A stretch of 62,046 nt of DNA, the filler included, from Albugo candida (taxonomy: Eukaryota), in assembly GCA_040437565.1 (NCBI GenBank). It is 11 parts of 11 records of this genome, joined end to end, with 100 filler letters (N's around TTAATTAATTAA, not from the genome) between each part and the next. Parts side by side here need not be neighbours in the genome. Positions count along the whole stretch, not along the records: positions 1 to 5,820 come from JBDOQK010000151.1; positions 5,921 to 11,729 come from JBDOQK010000152.1; positions 11,830 to 17,586 come from JBDOQK010000153.1; 8 more parts are not named here. One strand, 5' to 3'. A program made the translations under genes and the position numbers. The first letter of the stretch is position 1, and the number at the start of each line of letters is the position of its first letter. Below, piece by piece: positions 1-12,251 of the stretch. The notes under the pieces were generated by a model that saw nothing but the letters and a program-made list of their open reading frames with translations, did no database searches and had not been told where the DNA came from.

Positions 1-74
1 CTGTCATCCGTATTGGGTATCGCCCATGGACCCTCCACTGCATCAATACCGGTGTTCGGCCGGTTCCTGTGCTT

Positions 75-1960
75 CCAACAATGGATTCGAGCTAGATTAT
101 CGTCTTCTTTGCATCTTCCAGCTGTGATGCTTTGGGTTCCAGTTCCAGTAATTACCAACTGAGAGTTTCGAATTCTCTCACTTCAGTGGCGCAGTATTCC
201 GACGCATGTTAAAGTTTGCAGATTTTAGTCGTCTTCCACAGTAGATTCGAGATGGATTATCGTTCTCTTGGCATCTTATAGCTGGGTGGCTTTAAATTCC
301 AGAGTTTCCATCTGTTCCTCGCTGAGAGTTTCGAATTCGCTCACATCAGTGGCGCACTTCTCCAGCCCATGTTGAAGTTCCCAGATTTCACTCGACTTGC
401 TTTCCACAGTGGACACCAGCTGGATTATTGTGATCTTCGCATTTCTTAGCTCGGATGCTTTAGACTCCAGAGTTTCCATCCGTTCCACGCTGAGAGTTTC
501 GAATTCGCTCACATCAGTGGCGCACTTCTCCGCATGCTGAAGTTCGCAGATTTCAGTCGACATGCTTTCCACAGTAGATTCAAGCTATATGATTTTGACT
601 TCCCATCTTCTATCTGGGATGCTTTAGAATCCAGAGTTTCCATCAGTTCCTCCCTCAGAGTTTCAAATTCGCTCACATCAGTGGCGTACTTCTCTAGCGC
701 ATGTTGTAGTTCGCAGATTTCAGTCGACTTGCTTTCCACAGTAGATACCAGTTGGATTATTTTGAAATTCGCATCTTCTAGATGGGATGCTTTTGACTCC
801 AGGTTTCCATCAGTTCCTTACTAAGAATTTCGAATTGGCTCCCTTCAGTGGCGTACTTCTCCTGCGCATGCTGAAGTTCGCAGATTTCAGTCGACTTGCT
901 TCCCACAGTGAATTCCAGCTGATTATTGTGATCTTGGCATCTTCTAGCTGGGATGCTTCAGACTCCAGAGTTTCCATCAGTCCCACGCTGAGAGTGTCGA
1001 ATCTGCTCCCTTCAGTGGCGCACTTCTCCAGCGCATGTTGAAATTCGCAGATTTGAGTCGTCTTGCTTTCACAGTGGATTCAAGCCGGATTATTGTGATG
1101 TTCGCATCTTCTATCTCGGATTCTTTAGACTCCAGAGTTTCCCTCCGTTCCACGCTGAGAGTGTCGAATTCGCTCACATCAGTGGCGCACTTCTAAGCAT
1201 GCTGAAGTTCGCAGATTTCAGTCGACATGCTTTCCACAGTAGATTCAAGCTGTATGATTTTGACTTTTCATCTTCTAGCTGGGATGCTTTAGACTCCAGA
1301 GTTTCCATCAGTCCCACGCTGAGAGTTTCGAATTCGCTCCCATCAGTGGCGCACTTCTCTAGCGCATGCTGAATTTCCCAGATTTGAGTCGTCTTGCTTT
1401 GCACAGTGGATTCGAGCTGGATTGTTGTGATCTTCCCATCTTCTAGCTGGGATGCTTTAGACTCCAGAGTTTCCATCAGTTCCTCCCTCAGAGTTTCGAG
1501 TTGGCTCACATCAGTGGCGCATTTCTCCAGCGCATGTTGAAGTTCGCAGATTTCAGTCGACTTGCTTCCCATAGTCAATTCCAGCTGATTATTGTGATCT
1601 TGGCATCTTCTAGCTGGGATGCTTTAAACTCCAGAGTTCCGATCACTTCCTCGCTGAGAGTTTCGAATTCACTCACATCAGTGACGCTCTTCTCCAGCGC
1701 ATGCTGAAGTTGGCAGATTTCAGTCGACATGCTTTCCACAGTAGATATCAGCTGGGTTATTGTGATCTTCGCATCTTCTAGCTCGGATGCTATAGACTCC
1801 AGAGTTTCCAGCACTTCCTCGCCGAGGGTTTCGAATTCGCTAACTTCAGTGGCGCACTTCTCCAGCGCATGCTGAAGTTCGCAGATTTGAGTCGTCTTGC
1901 TTTCCACAGTAGATTCGAGCTGGATTATCGTTATCGTCGCATCTTCTAGCTGGGCTGATT
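75..1960. repeat. Tandem array of ~11 units of ~168 bp (163-168 bp), each encoding a 56-aa coiled-coil-like unit on the minus strand
   Basis: The anchor TCAGTG recurs at 183, 346, 514, 678, 845, 1012, 1179, 1343, 1511, 1678 and 1846. Unit peptide: KCATDVSEFETLS..METLESKASQLEDAKITIIQLESTVESKSTEICELQHALE. Confidence 0.93.
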
Positions 1961-2126
1961 TCTCATTTAACAAGCGCAACAGCTGCTCATCTTCTTCCTT
2001 CAGCTGGGCGAAGTCACTGAGGCGCGGTCGGTTTATTGACATTGGTGCTGCACGCGTGATGGAATTGACGGGCTGCTGGATGGCGCGTGGTTGGGTCGAG
2101 CGCTGTCGTCGTTGTGGCGCTGACAT
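75..2126 (-). pseudogene. Frameshifted coiled-coil repeat protein gene: unique N-terminus followed by 56-aa repeats
   Basis: ORF 1575..2126 (MSAPQRRQ...) runs into the repeats. ORFs 1174..1578, 977..1177, 509..739 and 276..572 continue the same peptide in shifted frames. Confidence 0.75.
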
Positions 2127-5100
2127 TTCGGGTAATGCCCGTATCGCATACCCGCCGCCGACACGCTTCCGAGTCGACGTTAATGCGATTCAAATTGGTC
2201 CATTTCTGTTGGGCACGTTGGCCGTCGTGGTCATTCTTTCTCGCTGCATTTTCGAAAAAAGAGTTAGTAATTCGTTCGAGACAAAGAAAAGAAAGAATAC
2301 CGACACATATCGACCTCACCTTGCAAGTCTCTAGGCATAACTGGATGCTGATTGGATACATCGTCGATTGCGAAAGGCAGCGCTTCCCGAGCGATTGGAA
2401 GTGGAATCGGCAGATGAGTTGAAATCGATGAGTATATCTCGTTTTGAGTGTCTTTTACAGTGCTTAAATTGATTCGAAAGACACGCAAAATGAGATGTAC
2501 TCAATGATGATTGCAACTCATGATGCAGAAGAGCTATTTTTAGATCTGGCGGCAACGTGTACCGTGAGATCCAAAAATAGCGGCAGGTTGAAAATGCGGG
2601 TGATATGGAAGTTATAGTAGAAGTCTACCACAAGCCAATGATGCAGATTTCACTAGATATATAGTATATACGTTAATGAAAACAACTTGACAGTTAACGC
2701 AATACAGTTTTATTCAAAAAAAAATTCTATTAGACATGCGTGAAGAACGAGAGAGCTTTGAGACATGAGTAGCATGAAGGGAGTTACTCGCATACGCTGT
2801 TATCTCGTAAATTTGATGCTATTGGTTTCGGTTTTGAGGGAACCGTTGTAAGAAACCGTTGTCGGTCGCCCACTCTCAGATGTGCATAGATTAGGTTTAG
2901 CACGGCTGGTTGTGAGAGCACACGGCCAGTAAGCAAGAAAAGATAAATATACTTACTTCTACTTCTATCCTCTTTCCTCCAAAGTCTAACAGATGCTTGC
3001 TTGTCTATTCTTTTCTAGCTGGTTGGCTGTATCCGTGCAAACCTCCACTTCAGACTGTTGATCGCATTGTGCTTTCTTTTTTACCCGCGTGGATCGTTGG
3101 TTACTTATCTCTTCTATCAAATAACCATGATAATAATGCCGTGTAATATTCACGAACAAGTGGCAAATACATTTTTGTGCAGTAAATGCCATAATCATTC
3201 TTGATACATAGCGTTTCCTTTCTGCATGTTCATCGGGTGCGAATCTGAAAACCCACTTGGCTGCCACCACCTTCCCCTTGTCTCTTTCCTTTGTAGAATT
3301 ACTACGAGCATTTGATTTTTCTTGGGATAGGAAGGCCATCCCCGGAAGCATCGCGGCATCGGTACCTTCTTCAATTGCTAAGCAGAATCGATTTAGCAGC
3401 CATCGGTTCGACGCCATGTTCGTCAAATTGCATAATAAATGCTGATAAATGTCATATCCTGTTCATCAATATTATTATACTGAACATCAACCCCTCAATC
3501 AATGTAAAAAAAAAAATCAGGATATTATGGCTTAAAATGTGAGCTAAGTGAGGCATGTTCACACGCATCGGATCCGTATTGTTACGATATACTTGACATC
3601 GTTGGGTGTACCGTTTGAAGAGTTCAATGGGTCAGGCGTACAGCATACGGGCAACGGTAAACGATTCGATATGTACATAGATTTCGCACACCATTACTAA
3701 AATGGGATGCGTGTGATAGAGCGTGAATATTCCACCTCACAAGTGTCGTTTCCATGATGTCACTGCGTACTTTATCTTGGCTGCTCGACGTAGACTTCAA
3801 AACGGTATTACTGGCAGTTTCCAAGCATGGTAACATCAAAGTTGTCGTCTTCATAAGAAACCTTCTCGATTTTCTCAATCATCCACTAACCTCAATACTG
3901 CTCATTTTGCTGACTTCAAATGTCCAAGTTATTCATGCCGTAGACTTGCTTCCTCTTGTTTAGTCGTGTGCGTACCAAATAGACGTTTAGAACTTCTTGA
4001 ATTAGTGGATGAACACTTTGTCTGCTCTTGAGCTGCCCGATCAAGCTACTCTGTACGCTGCAAATTGATTCCTCCAGTGTAACTTGAGAGCACAGAGTAC
4101 TGTGTAATCAATTCCGTCATAGACATTATCTGATAGAAAAACACAAATTACGTTGCAAGTCGCATCAATTTCGAACTCGGAAGAAGTACACGGATTTTCT
4201 CCATGGCTTCACATCGTGATCATCTGATCACCTTCAGAAATATGGCCATTTACTGGGTGATACTAGTGAGATCCTCTATCGCTTGCATATTTTACTAGAG
4301 CCAGATAAAACCCATAATTTCTCTATGTCTGATTGCATGTAAAGTAGTGCTGCTTTTGTCGCTTAACACGAGGATGTAGCTAGCTACAGTATAAGCTCGA
4401 AAATGTGTAGACACGGTTGGACAGGCCACATTTTCTCAAACTCCGGGTCAAATCATTTCTAATTTGTTACTGTAAACAGCTATTCCTTCCCGCAGCATGT
4501 ATGACAGGAGCACATGGAAGTCATTCGAGCCACGCCAAGATTCGCAGTCTGAATTTAGTGGCACAACAAAATGGAGTACCAGACGAACTTATTCTGTGAT
4601 TCGTAGAGATGTTATTTTGATCAAAGAGATTGGAATAGATCCAGCCGCAGCCAGCATTAATTCGAATCAGCAGTCTCCGGTTCAAATGTCAAATGGCGAC
4701 GAAGGATGTGCTGGCAAACATCGAGTCAATAAAGTCGCGTTAAGATGAGTAGTAAGAAAGAAAGTAATCATCTTGAACATAAAACATTCTAAGAGCTGGC
4801 ATCATAATTCGTACACATTCTTTCTTTTTTATATTCGACTGTCTACTTTACAGTATTTCGACCAATCAAGTCCGCCGCACATTGAAATTTCAATATCTCG
4901 CACTCTAAATGTCCAATTATTTCAAATAGAAGTGTCTTCTACTCTTGTATGCTCTATTTTGTTTGATAATGCTCACCCATAATCGATGTGACATACCCGA
5001 CTTGTTACGATTACGTAAAAACGAGGATCTAATGGACAAGCTCTTATAGAGCCTTCAGTAAACACGGTGGAAGATAGATAAAGCCGATTATGGCTTGGAG

Positions 5101-5674
5101 AAACTTTGAAAGTTGCTTAACAAACTAATGAAACTCTTGCATATAAGATGTAACATCGATGCAAGAGATTGCAGGAACGCAAGTCAATTTCCGGCAATCA
5201 GAATTTTCATTCTGCTTCCAGACTTTTTCGCGGTAAAAGTCTTGTGCTTGTACATAAACATGCTCGATCAACTTAAGATGTTGATATCAGCTTCGTGATG
5301 TTAAGTCGACATTTTCTGCCACATTCAGCGCGGTACAGTATTAGAGCATCTGCAAGCTTTTTCAGATATTGCTTGAGCTACCTTCCCAGTGTGTCGCAAA
5401 GTGCGGTACAAAGATGGGAGAGAGAATGCTTTAAGAATTGAATCTTTTTTCAAAAAGGATGACTCAGTTCGCGTTGCAGAATGTAGAAAAACTTAGAATG
5501 CCGTTGAAATGAACAGAATATATAGTTTTCGTCATCTTTCGTACCATTTGGTAGGTAAATCCTCCACAAATAGTTGAAGTGCGCAAACCGGTTTCTATGT
5601 GTGATCTTTGAAATAATCGCTGTCCTTCGTCTCAACCAGTGAAATAATGGAAGTCAGGAGAGCATATATGTGAT

Positions 5675-5820
5675 GCAGACTACTCGTGGTTTGTCAAAGG
5701 TGTCATTACACTCGTTTATCTATCTAGTTATCTGACTTAGACAACCGTGAACATATGTTAGACTTGGCCTGCAGACTACTTATGGTTTGTCGAAGATTTC
5801 ATTACACTCTTTATCTATCT
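5675..5820. repeat. Start of a ~96-bp tandem repeat, cut by the contig end
   Basis: GCAGACTACT..GGTTTGTC..CATTACACTC..TTTATCTATCT occurs at 5675 and again at 5771. Confidence 0.7.
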
Positions 5821-5920
5821 NNNNNNNNNNNNNNNNNNNNNNNNNNNNNNNNNNNNNNNNNNNNTTAATTAATTAANNNNNNNNNNNNNNNNNNNNNNNN
5901 NNNNNNNNNNNNNNNNNNNN
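5821..5920. other. Artificial contig linker (44N-TTAATTAATTAA-44N)
   Basis: Exactly 100 bp; the core puts stop codons in all six frames. Confidence 0.98.
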
Positions 5921-6107
5921 TGGGTTCCGTTCCTGCAATTACGCAATCATCGAACGTGGAAAGGCACATTGATCCGCTCATTTATTGCGCAAGCTAGCTC
6001 TTTCAAACTACCAGAAGAGGCTGTATTTGTAAGTTTCAACTGTATTTTGTATTTTACGAATGATATCGCTCTCTACACTAAGTACGATTCTCATCGTGTG
6101 ATACATA

Positions 6108-7195
6108 ATGCTCCACAATCCGCGACTCTTGTTTCTTCATCGCGCAAAGGTTCGCCCATGTCGTTTCTTTGCTAGTTTCACCAAATACATAGTATTTGTC
6201 ATTGGCGATGGATCTGTAGGTAAGGTAGCTGCTATGAAAACCGCCCTATTCGGAATATAAATCGCCTGGATCGAATCTCGTGGCTCACTTGGTTTGGTGC
6301 ACATTGTCCTAACCCGTCCAAAGCCTTTATCTACTCTGAATATGCTGATTGTTGTATTGGATTCGAGCTTTTTGTCGATAGATGTCTGAGTGCATATGTT
6401 ATTGGGGTCGGGTACTTGAGTCATTTGTGCTGCCCCTGACATGAAAGTAAGTCGTCGAGAATTTGCCAAAACATTCTCGAAACAAGGTTTCCAGTTCAAA
6501 TTGCGACGAAAACCACCTCGACTTAAGTGACAGAAGATTGTGTGACAATTACACTGGAAGATGAGAAAAGGAAGGAATGAGGCCAGTACGAAGCGTGATA
6601 TCGTCCTGGTAGCCAGTGGACGTCGACCATCTATGAATGGGCTTGGGCTGGGGGTATGGGAATTCAAACTGATACATCAAAACGGACTAAAGCCGAGGAT
6701 TATTATCAAACTGCGATCGCCAGTATGTATACGATTGGTAATGTGGTTTTCTGGTCCGTTATTGGCAAATAAGGCTGATATAGAAGGATTGCAGCGTATG
6801 ATATTGTGCTGGGAAAACATGGATGGGCATGTAAAATATAATGCGATTCCAGGTGTCATTTCTACTCATACTGAAGTTGGAAGAAAAATCAAAAAAAGAA
6901 GGAATCCCATACCATTTTCGCAAATTTTCAATGATTGCAAGTTCTCGTCCGCGTGCAGTCGATGGGAAAAGATGGATTTGTCAAATCTTGGCACGGATCG
7001 ATAAAGAAGGTACTCTATGGCATGCATATAACCATGAGCATTGCAGGTGAATGATAGCAGACAATGCGTGGTATGGAGTATGGTGCAGCCACTGATTACA
7101 TCGCACGAACGTGTCACGCGTATCTAACTCTCAGTGAAGCGCTAAAGGAAGCGTTTGATATCAAGTACGATGGACCCCTTAATCTATTGTTCTGA
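6108..7195 (+). pseudogene. DLD: Mitochondrial dihydrolipoamide dehydrogenase (E3) pseudogene with an internal deletion
   Basis: Transit-peptide-like MLHNPRLLFLHRAKVRPCRFFAS, then in collinear order across stops and frameshifts: VFVIGDGSVGKVAAMK, IESRGSLG, PSKA, IGFEL, DIVLVASGRRP, GPLLANKA, GHVKYNAIPGVI, KFSMIASSRPRAV, MEYGAATDYIARTCHAYLTLSEALKEA. Confidence 0.9.
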
Positions 7196-8069
7196 TTGGG
7201 TATATGATATATTCACAGGTGTGATTGGTTTGATTATTTGCTGCACGCAACTCGATTGGCTGGAATTATGAGAATTTCTGTGCAGCAAGCGAAAAGCTAT
7301 GCAATGTCTAAGATTTTAAGAGAGAAAAAAAGTTATAACCACACTCGTTCGACAGAGAGCAGAACTTACTGCTGACTTCCACATGCACCATATCCACAAC
7401 ACTTTCGGAATGAGAAAAGTGCGATTTCAAAGGGCTGCAGGCGACATCCCGTTCTTCAAGAAGCTGCTACTATTCTGGGTAGTGGACACGTTGACAAGCG
7501 TATTTAGATGACGCCAAGATTGGCGTACTGATCCCAAACTGAAGAGGACACGAATCGCATCGTAAACGAACAGGATTCGCAGGAATCGTGTGCTGGTATG
7601 GAGTTTAGGAAGCACTGTCGAGCACTCAACTTGCCGTACCCACACTACGCTACATCTCAGGAAAATAGAAATATGGCATAACAATGCACTTTATTGCGAG
7701 CTTTGTACAGATATTGCTTCTATCCGCATTGTTCGTACTGTCGCCGCTTTGAACAGATGAGTGAATAGCTCATTGAATGCATTCAGATGTCGGAATTATC
7801 ATAGAATTGACAAATCACTAATTTTAGAGCACGAAATTGCTGCGTAATTTTTTTTGTGTGATATCCCTCTCGGCAAGTGGCACGATTAATGGCTGAGGTT
7901 CTGTTCTGGAAAGGCGTTTGGTACCGAATCAAAAAAACTCATGTGTCAGCCGTAGCTAGAGTGTAATAAAACGGACTCGATACCGACGCGGAAACTCTCA
8001 TAATAATAAAGGTGTTTGGTCAGAAGTGTATTAGAGTACTTGCCATACAAAAGGGATTATAAAAAAACA

Positions 8070-10512
8070 GAGAGCGTTAACTATTACCCCCCTGTTTAAG
8101 GCCAATAAGATCATTCCGTCTCAATCCTACCAATCACGTTATTATTATTATATAAAGCCAAAAGAATGAATCATTCCGTATCAATTCTACCAATCACGTT
8201 ATTTTTATAGTCGCGGAGAGTAATATTAATAGCTTTCAACCTCAAAGGCTTAGCTTTCTACTCAGTTGTTGTTCGCCTAGGGTTTGGGCAGGTTCGTTTA
8301 TTATGCCCTTCCTGTTTGCAGTTCTTGCACTTCCGCTTTGGTTGCTGTGGTGCTTCAACATCCTCAAAAAAGGATGGGTGCCGGCGCGTTGATCGCTGCG
8401 ATCCTGAAGAGAGACGACCACGTGTACGAACTTCATGTGGTTCCTCAACTTCGCAATTTTCCGCACCATTCAAATCCAACAGTGCTGTCTGTTGCTGCTT
8501 TTGCTGGTGCGGATCCATTTCTGCATGACGACGCACAATTGATTCGATTGTGTTTCCGAACATGTGCCTCACTGGTGCAGGAGCTTGATGAAGTGGCTGC
8601 TGCAACCACCAGTGGCGTTCAAAGTTAGAAACCGCTAGCGAAGTGGAGTTTTCTATCATCTCCCGCAGCTTATGTTCGCAGGGTAGTCCCATTGACATTG
8701 AAAAGGCCCCAGACCACAATGTCTGGCGACCAGGTTGTATGGTAAGCTGGTTTTTTCCGTGCACCTAAAACATCAAACATTTAGCACGTCGAAAATAAGG
8801 AAAGGATTGCTCCCACTTGATTTGGATTGATTTCCTTGAACAAAGCAAATTACGAGATCTTCCGAACAACCGCAGACCAGAATTCTGCCTGCAAGTGTAT
8901 TGGTACCCTTAACATCTCCACACTTATTTGCCAGCTAATCTCAATTCTTTGCGCCTCCCCATCGAGCAAAATTTACCATAAGCACCGGGGAGACTGGCTC
9001 TGAATATCGAAATCCACTTATTAAGAAGGCATGACTTACTTCGACCTTGGAAGTAACAGCAGGACCATAATGTGCAACTTTGCCCATCCACGCTTTCACT
9101 AAATGCTGTCTGTGCCGTTGGAGCCACGTGTATTCGAGATAATTTACCACTGGAGGCGACACGCTTTCCCTCATGGTTCTCCAGCGGTCCACGAAGATAA
9201 CTTCGTCATCGGAATCGCACATTGACAGCCACAGCTACCAGAACTCACTACATGCTTCGTCTGTTTTAAAAAAGTGCTTTGTATTTGGCCTTCACATTCT
9301 TGTTAATATGCCAAAGGCAAATTAAGACTGAAGTACCCGGAAAGGCATGTTTTATGCCAGAAATGAGGGCGCGTTATCAGTAACCACTTTGCGCCCGTCA
9401 ATTATAGAGCTATAGTAATCGCGAAATCGTGCAAGGGCCCAAGCATAATCGGCTTCACTCTCCTCAGAGAGGAAGCAAAACGAAAGAGACACGATTTGAT
9501 TTGTTGGTGTGACGCCAAAAGTGTGAAGAAGAGGCATATTGTATCTAGAAAAAAACGTGCACATGCAATTAGGCACAATTGGATGTCTCTGTTCGATACT
9601 TGCATATGCATACCTATTCGTCTTGTATGTCGAATACATGATAAAGACGGAATTCGCACGAAAGATGCGAGCTAGCGATAAAGCCATGTTTGGGATAATA
9701 AACAGAGACCGGACTTTCCCATCTGCATAACCTGTAGTACAATTTCTCCCCTTCTAGTAAGTCCAATAATGCTTCAAGAGGTCGACGTCCATTGGTGTGA
9801 TCTTTCGCTCCTAGGTTTTGTGCACACTTTTGGTTTTGCTTGCTAGATGCGCTCCACTAGTACCTTTTGCTTTCTATTTTGTATATCCTTCCTGACAGAC
9901 ACGCAGCCTGGATCATTCTGGTGGAGGGTTGCAAGAACTACGCGTGGAGATGCGCCAGCTTTGGTTATATTTTCAACCATCTTCTCCTTCTCGGAAATAA
10001 GCGCTCTGTATCTCGTGTAGGCCGATACGTCAGGAGCGGTATCATGTCCATGATGTTCGCCGTTTGTGTAACACAAGGTCCCATTTGTAACCCAAATCTG
10101 GGTGTTCTGAATCGTTGACCCGTTGGATAACAGCCTGCAATGTAAAGCCGGTCTTGATCGTCGAAGTGTTACGCAGGCCGCTTCCCGATTCCCCATAGCG
10201 TCCCCCGTGCACGCATTCCAGCCAAACCTTTTCGATGTTTCCCCCGGTTTGCTTTTCTTTGAGCGAGGGCGACTCACAGCGTACCCGTGAAGTTTAGCGA
10301 AGGTATATAAATCACTATCCGCGACTTCGAGGCAGGAATAGGACGCGTTTAATGGACTTCGCATTGTGGTGGATGCGCGGTGGATATCAGCGAAGGTCAT
10401 TGAAATATTATAATAATAACGTGATTGGTAGAATTGAGACGGAATGAACCTATTGGCTCTAAATAGGGAGGGGGTGATAATAGTTACAGGGGGTGTGTTT
10501 ATAGGCGCTCCC
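8070..10512 (-). mobile_element. MULE (Mutator-like) DNA transposon, family 1, with both TIRs
   Basis: Left end GAGAGCG..GCCAATAAGATCATTCCGTCTCAATCCTACCAATCACGTTATTATT is inverted at the right end (AATAATAACGTGATTGGTAGAATTGAGACGGAATGAACCTATTGGC..CGCTCCC). Flanks AAAAAAACA / AAAAAATAT resemble a decayed 9-bp TSD. A 60-bp subterminal duplication lies at 8111/8171. Confidence 0.85.
8258..10400 (-). pseudogene. Disrupted MULE transposase (FAR1-like N-terminus, MULE domain, SWIM remnant, CCHC knuckle)
   Basis: TYKTNR / YNMPLLHTFGVTPTNQ (likely intron between), FCFLSEESEADYAWAL, VVTDNA, LEYTWL..HLVKAW, MGLPCEH, RKCKNCKQEGHNKRTCP; several frameshifts. Confidence 0.88.
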
Positions 10513-11729
10513 AAAAAATATACCAGGTCTGTATACTATACGTATGGATACACACAGGCCTAGGATTATAAAGAGGAAAACCCAGTCTTGGATGAAAAAC
10601 GTCTGATCAATGACGCACTATGTAGTGGGATAAGGAAGCATACAATTATGCGTCCCTTATTAGACAGGTCCTACGGTATGGACAAAAGTGTTCCACATTC
10701 CACATCTCATTCTGCGTTTTTCCATTTTCTTAGTAGCTTGTTGCGATGGAATCCGCGTCTTCTTTGGACGCCCTTTCTTCTCATAATAAGGGATCTGCAC
10801 ACAACTCTTGTAAGATCATTTTTAAGCACGATTGGCATTGTGTTATCATCAGAACTCTAAAGATAGGCGGCCGTAAACGTCGATGACTTCCAGGAGTTAT
10901 GAAAATACGTGACCATGTCGGGCAATTTACTGGAATCATTCAATGCTAGCAATGCATGAATGCAAGGCGAGCCAACATCTTCGAAGTACCCACACGAGCA
11001 TCGCACAACTTCATCGCGGAATTGAACTGTAAATTTCACCGGAATAATCCCCACCCTAGAGCGGATTGCGACGATGTAGCAGCAGGTCACGCATTCATCA
11101 ATTTCACCCCGCCTCGCAGCGGCCATTGTTTTATCCACTTTTTGTGATGCATGTGGATTTAGTACTCCCCAGACTTTCTTTTTGATTATATTTCAGCCCA
11201 CTTGCACGCCATGTAACGTTTGATTCCCATTAAGAATTTGATGATAGGAAGACTCCGAATTTCCTTCAACACGCTGTTTACCGGCTCCACATTATTTGCA
11301 GTCAAAGTGTTGTATCTTAGACATGGTGAGTAAGTTGTTGACCAATTTGAAACGACCAACCTCTTGTAGCCACAACAGCGCACTGCTGTTCAAATTGGCG
11401 ATATTCGTCTTCGCCTTTTTGAACTCCACCGTTGTCCGTGAACGAGCCCATATCCACTCAAAATTCTTCAACACCTTGGACTTGTATTTTTTGTTTAAAT
11501 TTTCCATTAAACGCCGGAAGCAGAAAAATGTGGGACATCTGGTGCCGATATAAGAATAGCTTTCATAAGTCCCTTATCTCTATACGATATTACGAATGCA
11601 GGAGATGGCTGGAGGTGAGAGAGTAAGAACTTCTCCAATTATCCTCCTTCTCTACCTACACGAGCCCAACTCCGATAATTGGGATCTCGCTGTTTCCATT
11701 TCGAAAGCACGCAACAAGGATTACCCCAC
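10513..11729 (-). mobile_element. MULE family 2 (SWIM-type transposase pseudogene, ~10646-11729), truncated at the contig end. Its TIR tip GGGATTATAAA lies at 8053-8069.
   Basis: RYNTLTANNVEPVNSVLK and SWIM motif VRCSCGYFEDVGSPCIHALLAL; highly similar to 43150-44320. Confidence 0.87.
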
Positions 11730-11829
11730 NNNNNNNNNNNNNNNNNNNNNNNNNNNNNNNNNNNNNNNNNNNNTTAATTAATTAANNNNNNNNNNNNNNN
11801 NNNNNNNNNNNNNNNNNNNNNNNNNNNNN
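11730..11829. other. Artificial contig linker
   Basis: 44N-TTAATTAATTAA-44N. Confidence 0.98.
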
Positions 11830-12251
11830 ATTCAGCTTTAAAAATGAAGAGGTAAGTTTTTTTCGTATGCTTATAATTTATTTATTTTTTTCAAACAACC
11901 TGTATTTATGCTTTAGCATAGACATGACTAGCTACTAATGCGACAATGAAAAGAAGATCTTACTAGCACTGTCTCATTAGACTGAATGATTAAAAGTGTT
12001 TGACTTGCAACAACCTCCATCCACAATATAAACCACGATTGAAACAAAATAAAAAGTGAGGATTTAATTTTTTTTTAAACAAAATTTGCATATTGTAAAG
12101 TTATGTTGGGTATTTTTATGGGGAAAATAATATTAAGGTTAATGTTTATAAGAAAGCTTGTGAACTGTTTGAACACAAGAGAGAAAAATGTGTCTAGTGA
12201 CGAAAGACAAAAGCAGTTTATATTGTAAAAAAGTGAAAAGAGGTAATTTTA

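Noticed and set aside
534..2555. Plus-strand and short overlapping ORFs over contig 1
   Set aside because: They are antisense shadows of the repeat gene or lack recognisable protein features.
3600..4330. Possible secreted cystatin-like relic on the minus strand (YRFEVYVEQP fragment)
   Set aside because: Too few residues and too many stops to support a call.
5865..5876. Recurrent TTAATTAATTAA as a biological repeat or piggyBac site
   Set aside because: Always centred in 44N+44N; it is an assembly linker.
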